Positions 19,123 through 28,206 of a stretch of 50,626 nt of DNA are shown one piece after another. The notes under the pieces are model-generated. The model was given only the letters and a program-made list of their open reading frames with translations. It did no database searches and was not told where the DNA came from. Location of the stretch: the NCBI GenBank assembly GCA_021789865.1, contig JAJYIX010000002.1, forward strand, positions 1-50,626, written 5' to 3'. This DNA is from a bacterium (lineage in GTDB: Bacteria; Patescibacteriota; Microgenomatia; UBA1406; GWC2-37-13). The translations under genes were made by a program, and so were the position numbers. Within the stretch, counting starts at the first letter, position 1. Each line of letters begins with the position of its first letter.

Positions 19123-20205
19123 ATGAATATTAGGTCGGCCTACACATATCTTCAAGATCGTTATGAATACGAGTTGCGATATGATCGTTTTACGATTGAT
19201 GAATGTAGAAGATATTTAAAGTATGCGGAGAATCCGGAAAACTTCAAGAAATACGGAAAGTATAAGGTGACTGTGACAGGATTGACCAAAATAGTGACGG
19301 AAATTCCACTTTATTTTATTCAGGGCGATCGATACCTGAAGCGCGAAGAGACGATTAATAAGTGGATGGAAAAAGATAGAAAAAGAGACGAGATCCAAGA
19401 GAAAGCACTCCCACCGGATAATATTTGCTGTGACACCTGTCATTTCCTGATGTACGTTGAATCGGTCATGCTTGACCATGACTATGATGAAAACCCGAAA
19501 CCCATGTTTATGTTCCGGTGTAAAAACGGATGCAAACAAGGCAAAATTGTTTACGAAGACGGGACACATTGGGAAAATCCATCCTCACGATGCTCAAACT
19601 GCAAATCAAAATTAATCGATCATAGCAAACGAACGAAAAATAAAGTAATTTTTCACGATACCTGCCCAAACTGTTCGTATGTAAGAGATGATGAATTGGA
19701 TTTGACGGTAAAGGAAGAAAAACCTGACTCGAATTTTGAAGAGGACAGAAAGAGATTCTGTTTGTCAAAAGAGGAAGGTGAAAAGTACCGGATGAGTTTC
19801 TGGAATACTCAAAATATGATTAAGTTCTCTGAGGAAATGAAGGATCGGGAGAAAAATAAACCTTTTTATCAGGTAGCTGCCAAACTGAAAAAATTAACAG
19901 TAGTTGAACTTGAAAAATTCCTCTTGCAAACCCTTAACAAAAAAGATTATATTAGGCTCAATCTTGGAGCGCCTGAGATGGGTCGTTATGTAATCGTTCC
20001 GTTTACTGTCCAAGAAGTCAGTCGGAAACGAAATGAACGAGAAAGCAATTTGATTTTAAAAAGAGTGATTGAAAAAGCAATTGAAAGGACTAATTGGCGG
20101 TTGATGAGTGGAGGTATCAACTATCGACTTGGAATATTATCTGGTAGTCTCAAAGCTTATGAAAGTGAAGAAGATTTATTAAAAATTGCACAAGGGGGTG
20201 AATAA
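19123..20205 (+). CDS. Hypothetical Zn-finger protein
   Basis: 360 aa with CDTC, CKNGC, CSNC and CPNC motifs. Confidence 0.7.
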   Translation: MNIRSAYTYLQDRYEYELRYDRFTIDECRRYLKYAENPENFKKYGKYKVTVTGLTKIVTEIPLYFIQGDRYLKREETINKWMEKDRKRDEIQEKALPPDNICCDTCHFLMYVESVMLDHDYDENPKPMFMFRCKNGCKQGKIVYEDGTHWENPSSRCSNCKSKLIDHSKRTKNKVIFHDTCPNCSYVRDDELDLTVKEEKPDSNFEEDRKRFCLSKEEGEKYRMSFWNTQNMIKFSEEMKDREKNKPFYQVAAKLKKLTVVELEKFLLQTLNKKDYIRLNLGAPEMGRYVIVPFTVQEVSRKRNERESNLILKRVIEKAIERTNWRLMSGGINYRLGILSGSLKAYESEEDLLKIAQGGE

Positions 20206-20207
20206 AT

Positions 20208-20471
20208 ATGATTTCAATTAAGGATTATGTGAAGCAAGTATTACACGATATACGCGAGGTTCAAGAAGAGGAAGAAAAATATGTTGCCGGTATAAGAGGA
20301 GTCATCGATTTTGATATTGCTACGATAGCAAATGAGAGTGGTGGAGCCGGGCTTAAAGTTGGAGTATTAGGGTTAGGAGGCGAAATGGGTGGAAAAATTA
20401 ATAATGAAATTACATCAAGAGTTAAATTTTCTATTCAAACAAGAGGAGCAATAGCTCCTAATGAACGGTAA
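20208..20471 (+). CDS. Small protein, Trypco2-like
   Basis: IKDYVKQVL...IDFDIA...GLKVGVLGLGG...SRVKFSI pattern; SD GGGGTG upstream. Confidence 0.5.
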   Translation: MISIKDYVKQVLHDIREVQEEEEKYVAGIRGVIDFDIATIANESGGAGLKVGVLGLGGEMGGKINNEITSRVKFSIQTRGAIAPNER

Positions 20472-20505
20472 ACTTAAAATATATCAAACCATATCACAAT
20501 TAAAA

Positions 20506-20565
20506 TGGAACACTTCCTTTTTATAGTGTTCCAAATGTTCCATTTAGCCTGGAGAATGGAACATT
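20506..20565. repeat. Four TGGAACA heptamers forming two inverted pairs
   Basis: TGGAACAC(20506-13)/GTGTTCCA(20526-33); AATGTTCCATT(20534-44)/AATGGAACATT(20555-65). Confidence 0.8.
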
Positions 20566-20611
20566 CCGAGTTGAGATTACAGGATTAAGGGGTTCTAACC
20601 CGAGCCTCTCA

Positions 20612-20688
20612 ACCCCGAAGTAGAACCGAAAAGTTAGAGTTTCGGTTCACTTCGGGGTGGCAAAGTGAGCTTTGCTCTACTTTGCCAC
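20612..20688. repeat. Two abutting bulged hairpins (REP-like) upstream of GIY-YIG gene
   Basis: ACCCCGAAGT-A-GAACCGAAA...TTTCGGTTC-ACTTCGGGGT and GTGGCAAAGT-GAGC-ttt-GCTC-T-ACTTTGCCAC. Confidence 0.85.
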
Positions 20689-20731
20689 ACAAAATGATTC
20701 TTTCAATAAGAATCAAAAGTTTCTAGAAACA

Positions 20732-21004
20732 ATGTCAGTCCTTGAATACTGCGTTTACGTTTTAATTAGTCTAAAAGACAAAGACCTATATGTTGGAATT
20801 ACAACCAATCTAAAAGAACGTTTAACTTCTCATTTCCACGGCCATTCAAAATCTACTGCACTAAGACGCCCATTTAAACTTATATACTGTGAATATTTTT
20901 TATCAAAACATGATGCTTATCGAAGAGAAAAATATCTCAAAACGACAATGGGAAGAAGGATGATCAAATTAATTCTAAAAGATTCTTTAAAAGAACTGTC
21001 TTAA
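20732..21004 (+). CDS. GIY-YIG nuclease
   Basis: YCVYVL...LYVGITTNLKERL..H...RRPFKLIYCE...AYRREKYLK. Confidence 0.9.
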   Translation: MSVLEYCVYVLISLKDKDLYVGITTNLKERLTSHFHGHSKSTALRRPFKLIYCEYFLSKHDAYRREKYLKTTMGRRMIKLILKDSLKELS

Positions 21005-21112
21005 ACACAACTGGACTCGAACCGAACACTATATCCATAGCAATAAGCGATAGATGATTATAGTTAACTAGTCAAAATTCTTTTTTTTGAAAACTTCAAG
21101 TTATAAAACAGT

Positions 21113-22657
21113 TCATACTTCAGAAGTAGGAGAAATTTTTCTCTCTGCGTTATTCAGAAAGGAGGCTGCTTCATTTGTTAAAGGATATTTTCGAAGCATT
21201 TCAAGTCCAAGCAAAATAAATTTACCGTCTTCTCCTATTTTTGCATTCAGCCAAGACCGTTGATCTTCCGTTAGATTCTTTTCATTTTTTAGTATTTCCC
21301 GCTCCGCCATATATGATGATGCATACGCGGATACTTCAGAAAATGCCTCTCCTAAAGGAAGACTAACATAGCCATGACATATTGTTGCTACAGGAATACA
21401 CTTATTATCCGTTAATAATTCAATTTGATTTATACCATCAATAACATCTTTATTATGCTGATGCTCATGGAGAAGCGTTACTTGGCTCTTAACAGGATCT
21501 TGTTCCAACCATCCAAGGTTAATGTTAATATGCATACCCTGACTTGCGCTTGCTCTTCCTCCAGGTCGTTGTCCCGATCTTTGACCATGAATCATTAAGG
21601 TTTCTTCTTGTAATAATGATCTAAGTGAAGCGGGCATATTAGATAATAATTTGATTAATTTTTCTCGTGCTTGTTTTTTTTCTTCTTCATTACACCCTAA
21701 AAAAGATATATTAAACCCAGAAATATTTTCATCCTCAAATTTTTCACTCGATAATGTTACATTCGTTTGGACTAAATCATCAGAATTTATCTGCGGATAT
21801 GAGAGTTTTTGTTTTTCTCCGTTCTTTGTAATGAGCTCAATCTCTCCATTTTCTACATGTAGACGAGCTTCCTGATTTGAAAGATTTATGTCTTTCCACA
21901 TTATGGTATATCCATAATCCCCACTCGCATGAATTTCGCCATTTTCTATTCGAACTTTAAAATCAGCCGTTAGTGAGGAAAAATATGGCAAGGCATCAAG
22001 TGACACTTTTGTACCTAAGGAAACATCGTGGTACATATACTTATTATTGTCAGTCTCTACAGTTATTTCTGACCCTTTTAATGTCACTAACTTTACTTTT
22101 TCTTCCGATGGGATTTTTATTTTCGGATAAACGTAACCGTCAGTATGATATAAATATTCAATCGCATTTCTATCATTTGTAGACGCATTTAAAATAAGTC
22201 CTTCGCCATCTTTGATAAATCCGCTGTCGAGAGCTGAGTCCACTGTTTTGGCTTGACAATATTTTAATACCCCCTCCATCGCATCACTTTGGCCTTGCAG
22301 TCCTGCTTTAAATTTATCATATTGCTTCTTTATGTCGGGTGGACCATGACTTTGATCTAATAACTGATAGTACATTTTATATACGACAAGTTCTTCATCT
22401 CTAGAACAATCAATCCAATTACCGAATATATCTCTATCAGAGTATTCGTGCCCTACGGAAAAATGGGTAAGAATTCCTGGTGAAAGTTTAACTAGATCTT
22501 CGCGTAATGATTGATTTCTATTAAGGGCAGAAGAAAGTTCTTTGACATCGAGTGAATATTCGCTAGCTATTTGTGTTGCCAGTGATTTCACTACGTGGAA
22601 ATATAGTAAATAATCATTACGCTTAGGTGGCCCCTCTGAGATCGATGGTTCAATCAT
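21113..22657 (-). CDS. Hypothetical protein with C-terminal HExxH (possible zincin)
   Basis: 514-aa ORF; TLLHEHQH and a downstream SEVSAY glutamate. Confidence 0.6.
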   Translation of the reverse strand: MIEPSISEGPPKRNDYLLYFHVVKSLATQIASEYSLDVKELSSALNRNQSLREDLVKLSPGILTHFSVGHEYSDRDIFGNWIDCSRDEELVVYKMYYQLLDQSHGPPDIKKQYDKFKAGLQGQSDAMEGVLKYCQAKTVDSALDSGFIKDGEGLILNASTNDRNAIEYLYHTDGYVYPKIKIPSEEKVKLVTLKGSEITVETDNNKYMYHDVSLGTKVSLDALPYFSSLTADFKVRIENGEIHASGDYGYTIMWKDINLSNQEARLHVENGEIELITKNGEKQKLSYPQINSDDLVQTNVTLSSEKFEDENISGFNISFLGCNEEEKKQAREKLIKLLSNMPASLRSLLQEETLMIHGQRSGQRPGGRASASQGMHININLGWLEQDPVKSQVTLLHEHQHNKDVIDGINQIELLTDNKCIPVATICHGYVSLPLGEAFSEVSAYASSYMAEREILKNEKNLTEDQRSWLNAKIGEDGKFILLGLEMLRKYPLTNEAASFLNNAERKISPTSEV

Positions 22658-22883
22658 AATTATTTAAGGTCTAATCTAGTAATATCTGCATTCGTTAAAT
22701 ACTAATTGATTATAACTTTTTTCTGTCTCTTGCCAAGGTAATAAATCAAAACATCTAGCCCTTCGACCTTGTCTGAAATCATGTGGCTCGGAGATGATAT
22801 ATTCTGTTAAGTCATATGGATGGTTACGGCCTAGACCGACACGCTCAACACGACTTTACATAAAAAACATAGTCCGACTGCCA

Positions 22884-22907
22884 CTTCGATGTTTTAAAAC
22901 ATTAAAG
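22884..22907. repeat. Palindromic repeat family A, degenerate copy
   Basis: CTTCGATGTTTTAAAACATTAAAG; abuts a family B copy. Confidence 0.7.
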
Positions 22908-22924
22908 TACACCTCAGAGGTGTA
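22908..22924. repeat. Palindromic repeat family B, copy 1
   Basis: TACACCTC-A-GAGGTGTA. Confidence 0.9.
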
Positions 22925-22928
22925 AAGC

Positions 22929-23990
22929 TTAGGTCTTTTCGTTTCGGGCTTTAATAATTTCTCCTAAAAATCTCATTTCCGTTTGCGCTGCGACAGAATA
23001 CTTATTTAAAGGTGTTGTACCTGGAATATGTAGAGTATAACCTTCAAATCCGAAAGGCATTTGGCTTTCAAAAAAAACGATACTTTTTTTCATTTTTTCA
23101 AAATCATACTCTCCTTGTAAAACACTATTGTCGAGTATTCCGAAATCAAAGCTTATCAACAAAAATTGCGCTCCTAATCTGGCTTGGAGATCTCCTATAA
23201 ATTGGGTAAAAAATCTATCCAAATTCGGCATAACTTTCTCATCAGGATATCTCTCATATCCGCCAGATGGAATATTGACCACATGCGAAAGCTTTAGAGT
23301 CTCGCCTTGCCCAGGAACAATCTTTAATGATTTTCTGCTATTCAAAATATTAATCGCCTTTGTTTCCGGAGGCATGTCGCTATGTCTAATTAATTGCATC
23401 AGAGTTGACTTTCCGTCTCCGGTGACTTTTGGCAATACTCTTTCAAAACACAATCTTATTTTTTGATTATTCTCGTTTAGGATTGCATACCGGTACTCAG
23501 AATCCGTATTAATCAATTCTTGGACTATTGATTCGTCTTTGGATTTTGACAGAATAACCGCTGCCTCCTGTTTGGATACCACCTTTATTTTTCCGCCCTG
23601 ATCGCCTTTTCGTGGTTTTATGAAAACTTGCTCCCCGTTGATTTTTTCCAATTGTTCTTCTATCGATCCTTTATTACCGGGATTGACCAAAAACTGCCGA
23701 GGAGCACTATACCCTATACTCCTGACAATTTCGTTAAACTGATATTTATCTGCTATCGGAGTACTTGGCTTACCGTTTATAAATTCCATCGTACGCTGTT
23801 GATTAAGTTCTACCAATTCCCCGGAGCCATACCTCGCAAAGATAGTATTGAATAAAGTCCTTATCAAAATGCCAGAATAAATAGGACTAAGATCCGATCT
23901 GTCTTGAAGCATCTTTATTACACTTTTTATAGTAGGCAAATCCTTCCTGATTTCATGCGGCCAAACAATCGGCTGTTGCTCCACGGTCAT
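22929..23990 (-). CDS. ATP-grasp ligase-like protein (cyanophycin synthetase/RimK-like fold)
   Basis: DKYQF, FIKPRKGDQGG, IVQELI...EYR, VTGDGKSTLMQLI, VNIPSGG. Confidence 0.7.
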   Translation of the reverse strand: MTVEQQPIVWPHEIRKDLPTIKSVIKMLQDRSDLSPIYSGILIRTLFNTIFARYGSGELVELNQQRTMEFINGKPSTPIADKYQFNEIVRSIGYSAPRQFLVNPGNKGSIEEQLEKINGEQVFIKPRKGDQGGKIKVVSKQEAAVILSKSKDESIVQELINTDSEYRYAILNENNQKIRLCFERVLPKVTGDGKSTLMQLIRHSDMPPETKAINILNSRKSLKIVPGQGETLKLSHVVNIPSGGYERYPDEKVMPNLDRFFTQFIGDLQARLGAQFLLISFDFGILDNSVLQGEYDFEKMKKSIVFFESQMPFGFEGYTLHIPGTTPLNKYSVAAQTEMRFLGEIIKARNEKT

Positions 23991-24038
23991 ATTTATCCAG
24001 TATATCAATTGCCATAAGTCTGGAGCGTTCCGCAGAAC

Positions 24039-24057
24039 TTTACACCTCTGAGGTGGA
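24039..24057. repeat. Palindromic repeat family B, copy 2
   Basis: TTTACACCTC-T-GAGGTGGA, preceded by CGTTCCG at 24026-24032. Confidence 0.9.
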
Positions 24058-24066
24058 GATTATATT

Positions 24067-24750
24067 TTACTTTGCCATTCTATTGATAACGACTTCATCC
24101 GGAGATAAGTCTTGCGTCTCTGCAAGATAAATCAATATTTCCGCAACTTTTTTGGGGTCCATATATGTTGAAATATCGGGCTTAGGATCTACATTGTCGT
24201 AAAGCTTAGTCTTGACTCCACCCGGATGAAGGCTGGTTACCCTGATATTATGTTTTTTAGCTTCTAACCGTAGTGTCCTGGCAAAACCAGATAAGCCAAA
24301 CTTGGTCGCACTGTATAGAGTGTGATTGAGCTTTGGTTCCTTACCAGCTGTTGAATTGGTAAAAATTATATGACCAAAATTCTGATCGACCATGATAGGG
24401 TATATTTTTTGGGTTAAAAATATAGGCGCTTTGAGGTTCGTCTCGACAATTCTATCTACTTGATCTTTGGTGTTTTTTTCAAAAGGTTGAATGTATGTTA
24501 TGCCGGCATTATTTACCAATATATCCACTCTTTGATATTTGTTTTTAATTAAATTTACAATCTGGTTTTGGATCTCCTCAAAAGTTATATCACCTATGAC
24601 TATTTCAGCATTTTTATCTTTAAATTCTTCCAATTCTTTTTCATTACGACCTGAGAGGATCAAAAAATAGCCCTTTTCAGCAAATAGTCTGGCGGCTTCT
24701 TTACCGATTCCGCTTGATGCGCCTGTAATCACAACAACTTTCTTATTCAT
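24067..24750 (-). CDS. SDR family oxidoreductase
   Basis: TGASSGIG, NNAG, YSATK, HPGGVKT. Confidence 0.92.
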   Translation of the reverse strand: MNKKVVVITGASSGIGKEAARLFAEKGYFLILSGRNEKELEEFKDKNAEIVIGDITFEEIQNQIVNLIKNKYQRVDILVNNAGITYIQPFEKNTKDQVDRIVETNLKAPIFLTQKIYPIMVDQNFGHIIFTNSTAGKEPKLNHTLYSATKFGLSGFARTLRLEAKKHNIRVTSLHPGGVKTKLYDNVDPKPDISTYMDPKKVAEILIYLAETQDLSPDEVVINRMAK

Positions 24751-24780
24751 GCTTAATATTATACAAGTCTCTGCAAACTT

Positions 24781-24802
24781 TTCGATGTTTTAAAACATCG
24801 AA
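24781..24802. repeat. Palindromic repeat family A, perfect copy
   Basis: TTCGATGTTTT-AAAACATCGAA. Confidence 0.8.
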
Positions 24803-24833
24803 ATGAAAACTCCAAAGATGTTAAAATAGGCTA

Positions 24834-25316
24834 ATGAATAATAGTAATATCGTTCGGCAAATAATCGACGCCAATAAATTTCTCACTCTCGCGACAACTG
24901 ATGGTAATTCTCCTTGGGCGAGTACTTTATTTTTTGCCGTCGATGACCGACTAGATCTCTTTTATACTTCCTACAACGATTCCGTCCACGTAAAAAATAT
25001 CACAAGAAATCCCGAAGTCGCCCTGGTCATTTTCGACTCCCACGCAATTCCCGGCAAAACTACCCAAGGAGTACAGATAAAAGGAAGATGCATGAGAGTC
25101 GCCGGTGAAGAACTGGAAAAGGCGATTGAGACTGTTTATCTCAAAAGATTTCCGGACCCGGTCGAAAGATTGAAGCACGATCTGACAGCGGAATTTTTTT
25201 CCAAACCGGACAACGAAAGAGTAGCTCACATTTACAAAATCACTCCGGAAAAATTCTATATCCTCGATAAAAAGGCCGGGAAAGACACCAGAGCCGAAGT
25301 TGACATGGGTATATAA
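24834..25316 (+). CDS. Pyridoxamine 5'-phosphate oxidase-like (FMN split barrel) protein
   Basis: LTLAT...PWASTLFF...SVHVKNITRNPEVA...GVQIKG. Confidence 0.82.
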   Translation: MNNSNIVRQIIDANKFLTLATTDGNSPWASTLFFAVDDRLDLFYTSYNDSVHVKNITRNPEVALVIFDSHAIPGKTTQGVQIKGRCMRVAGEELEKAIETVYLKRFPDPVERLKHDLTAEFFSKPDNERVAHIYKITPEKFYILDKKAGKDTRAEVDMGI

Positions 25317-25574
25317 ATGCCATACTTCGTTTACATCCTCCGCTGCTCAGACAACTCTCTTTACTGCGGACAAACAAACGACCTGGAAAGAAGGGTAAAA
25401 GAACATAATTTCGACAAGAATAGGTCTGCTAAATATCTTCGGGGCAGGACTCCGGCAAAATTAGTCTATTTCGAAGAATTCCCAACCATAAATGGTGCGT
25501 TACGAAGAGAAACGGAAATAAAAAAATGGCCAAAAACAAAAAAGGAAGCGTTAATAATTTCAGCCGCTTCTTAA
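25317..25574 (+). CDS. GIY-YIG nuclease (UPF0213-like)
   Basis: YFVYILRCSDNSLYCGQTNDLERRVKEHN...AKY...ALRRETEIKK. Confidence 0.9.
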   Translation: MPYFVYILRCSDNSLYCGQTNDLERRVKEHNFDKNRSAKYLRGRTPAKLVYFEEFPTINGALRRETEIKKWPKTKKEALIISAAS

Positions 25575-25661
25575 AGCATTATCGGACACATTGACGTCTT
25601 TTGGTAACAAAAGTCACATCAAGACCCGACCTGGCAAGCACGCCATCAAAATACCCGCCAA

Positions 25662-25675
25662 TTACACCTCCGAGG
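25662..25675. repeat. Palindromic repeat family B, truncated copy 3
   Basis: TTACACCTC-C-GAGG then diverges. Confidence 0.65.
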
Positions 25676-25701
25676 CATGTGACGGTTCGTTATAATAGCT
25701 C

Positions 25702-26670
25702 ATGATCAATTTTTGGAAAAAACTTCCGAAACCGTTTTTGGCACTGGCCCCAATGGATGACGTAACCGATTATGTATTCCGGGAAATTGTTTGCCGTCTC
25801 GCCAAACCTGATGTAATGTTTAGCGAGTTCACATCGGCCGACGGCCTGATGTTTGAAGATAACGCACACGGTTTTCAAAAACTTAAATTTTCGGATACGC
25901 AGCGTCCGGTCGTTGCCCAAATCTGGGGAGGTAACCCCGAAACGATCACCAAAGCCGCGTCGATCGTCGAAAAAATGGGGTTCGACGGACTGGATATAAA
26001 TATGGGGTGTCCTGACCGTAATGTCATGAAAAAACACGGCGGAGCCGGAGTTATTGGTGATTATCAACGGGCCGAAGCGGTAATTTCCGCCATGAAAATT
26101 GGCGCCCCTTCTTTGCCAATCAGCGTTAAGACCAGGCTCGGGAATGAAAAAACCGAAATGTCCGAATGGATAACTTTTCTCTTAAAACAAAAGTTAGACG
26201 CTTTGACTGTGTATGCCAGGAAACCAGAACAGCTTTCAAAGGGTCCGACTTTTTGGAAAGATATCGGCCAAATCGTTCAAATGAAAGATGAATTATCCCC
26301 CGGTACAATAGTTGTCGGCAACGGTGATGTCAAATCGTACTCTGAAGCGATTGAAAAACATAAAAAATACAAAGTCGATGGGATAATGATCGGCCGGGGA
26401 ATTTTTCACAATCCATGGGTATTTGAAAAAAACGCGCAATTTCATACTCGAAGCGAATATTTAAAAGCGTTACTTGACCATATGAATCTTTTCGTCGAAA
26501 CATGGGGAAGGAAAAAAAATTTTGCTATTTTGAGGAAATTTTTCAAAATTTATGTCAAAGATTTTAATGACGCAACCACGGTTCGAGATCGATTAATGAA
26601 GGCCATAAACCATGATGAGGTAGAGAAAATATTAGCAGACATAAAAGATCAAAACAACCCGTCAGGATGA
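25702..26670 (+). CDS. dus: tRNA-dihydrouridine synthase
   Basis: LAPMDDVTD, DINMGCP, SVKTRLG, GNGDV, MIGRG. Confidence 0.93.
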   Translation: MINFWKKLPKPFLALAPMDDVTDYVFREIVCRLAKPDVMFSEFTSADGLMFEDNAHGFQKLKFSDTQRPVVAQIWGGNPETITKAASIVEKMGFDGLDINMGCPDRNVMKKHGGAGVIGDYQRAEAVISAMKIGAPSLPISVKTRLGNEKTEMSEWITFLLKQKLDALTVYARKPEQLSKGPTFWKDIGQIVQMKDELSPGTIVVGNGDVKSYSEAIEKHKKYKVDGIMIGRGIFHNPWVFEKNAQFHTRSEYLKALLDHMNLFVETWGRKKNFAILRKFFKIYVKDFNDATTVRDRLMKAINHDEVEKILADIKDQNNPSG

Positions 26671-26724
26671 GCACTAAACTCCAGGCAACTTTTTATACTC
26701 GTATCGCATATATATTAGTAGAGT

Positions 26725-27078
26725 ATGATCAACCCCGAACTGATATTGACCCTTCTGAACGTTCTGGTCGTTTATGCGGAATCCATCATCAGCCTGAGGA
26801 TACTTCTCAAACTTTTGGGAGCTAGCACCACCGCTCCTTTCGTTCGATGGGTCTTCCAGTCAAGTAATCCTCTTCTATACCCCTTCGAGGGCATGTTCCC
26901 GTCGTCACGCGTCAACGGAATTCCCTTTACTTTAGAATTCTCCGCCATCTTTGCGCTTTTTGCTTATATTTTCGTCGGCTATTTGCTCCAGGAAATCATC
27001 GACTTTGTCTCGAGGAATTTTTCCAAAAAAAAGAGGCGTCAAAAAATTATCGATCGGGAAGATGAAGAATCTGAATGA
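26725..27078 (+). CDS. YggT family membrane protein
   Basis: LRILLKLLGA...FVRWV...PLLYPFEGMFP...EFSAIFA. Confidence 0.75.
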   Translation: MINPELILTLLNVLVVYAESIISLRILLKLLGASTTAPFVRWVFQSSNPLLYPFEGMFPSSRVNGIPFTLEFSAIFALFAYIFVGYLLQEIIDFVSRNFSKKKRRQKIIDREDEESE

Positions 27079-28102
27079 AATCATTTTGGTATTGCTTCTC
27101 ATTCTCTTGAATGCTTTTTTTGTATCGGCCGAATATGCCTTGTTGACCCTTCGCAAGACAAAAGTCGACCAGTATGTCCGTCAAAAAATACTAGGGTTTT
27201 CCTTAGTAAGGTCGGCACTCGACCACTTATTTACAATAATTTCGGTCACCCAACTTGGAAGCACCATATGTAACTTATTACTCGGATGGTTCGGAGAACC
27301 GATGATCGAGGGGATTCTTCTGCCGTTAGTAAAATCAGTCCACATACGGCAAATCCTCTTAGTTGATCGAACGGTTTCAATTGTCATGACGGTCATCATT
27401 CTGTCGTTTTTCCAAATGATCTTCGGCGAAATTATCCCGAAGACGATATCTCTTCAGAAATCCGACCTGATATCGCGTCTGGTCATTGTTCCTTTGAATA
27501 TCTTTACTTTCATATTCGGTCCGTTTGTGTTTATCATCAATTCTATTGCTAATGGATTTTTAAAGCTCATTCATCTGCGGCCGCTTTCAAAAAGACCAAT
27601 TGACTATACGCAGGAAGAAATCCGAATCATCCTCGACGAATCCCTGAAAAACAGGATTCTCCCCCATCATCAAGCAAAACTTTTATCAAATATTTTTGCT
27701 TTGCAAAAAACTCCACTGACAAAACTCATGATCCCGAAAAATAAGCTCATTTGTTTTTACCACAACGACAACCTGGAAGACGTCAAAAAAAAGATTTCCG
27801 AAAATAAAAGCATTTATAACCGCTATCCGGTATTTTACTCAAAGAATCTCATCATCGGTTTCATTCACCTTTCGGATTTATTGAGGTTCGCCGACGATCA
27901 CCGAGCCCGTCTTAAATTAAACGAGACTAATTTCGTCCGCGAAATTTTGCATGTCAGCGAGACCTATCCTTCGGATAAACTTCTCGTCCAGATGATAGAA
28001 AAAGGCGTCCATGCGGCGACGGTCACCAATCAACAGGACCAAGAGCTTTTAGGGATTGTGACATACACGGACATCGTTGAATTTCTAATAAGAAACCGTT
28101 AA
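27062..28102 (+). CDS. CNNM/DUF21-CBS (hemolysin family, CorC/TlyC-like) protein
   Basis: LNAFFVSAEYAL, QLGST..LLLGWFGEP, GEIIPKT, CBS pair (RYPV, GIVTYTDIVE). Confidence 0.87.
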   Translation: MKNLNEIILVLLLILLNAFFVSAEYALLTLRKTKVDQYVRQKILGFSLVRSALDHLFTIISVTQLGSTICNLLLGWFGEPMIEGILLPLVKSVHIRQILLVDRTVSIVMTVIILSFFQMIFGEIIPKTISLQKSDLISRLVIVPLNIFTFIFGPFVFIINSIANGFLKLIHLRPLSKRPIDYTQEEIRIILDESLKNRILPHHQAKLLSNIFALQKTPLTKLMIPKNKLICFYHNDNLEDVKKKISENKSIYNRYPVFYSKNLIIGFIHLSDLLRFADDHRARLKLNETNFVREILHVSETYPSDKLLVQMIEKGVHAATVTNQQDQELLGIVTYTDIVEFLIRNR

Positions 28103-28154
28103 TATATAATCGACTGAGGGTCTCAGTCTTTTTTCAAAAAAGACAGTCTTATTC

Positions 28155-28206
28155 AAAGAGGCCATTTGCACTAAAATTTTTATTAATGCAGGTGGTCTCT
28201 TTTTTT
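28155..28206 (+). terminator. Leader terminator or attenuator hairpin before the P-type ATPase
   Basis: AAAGAGGCCATTTGCA / TGCAGGTGGTCTCTTT, 16-bp stem with 3 G-U pairs, T-run ending 8 nt before the ATG. Confidence 0.75.

Larger units (their letters stand above)
2772..21080. mobile_element. Integrated island or phage-satellite-like element next to tRNA-Gln (right boundary approximate)
   Basis: Serine recombinase adjacent to tRNA, terminase pair, ParB-MTase, AT-rich defence cargo; degenerate similarity between 2796-2835 and 21021-21077. Confidence 0.7.

Noticed and set aside
21011-21023. tRNA T-arm-like fragment (minus strand GGTTCGAGTCCAG) as attR
   Set aside because: Opposite orientation to tRNA-Gln, does not match its 3' end, and no cloverleaf around it
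25621-25638. GACCCGACCTGGCAAG as a third REP-like family
   Set aside because: Only one copy seen and no convincing palindrome
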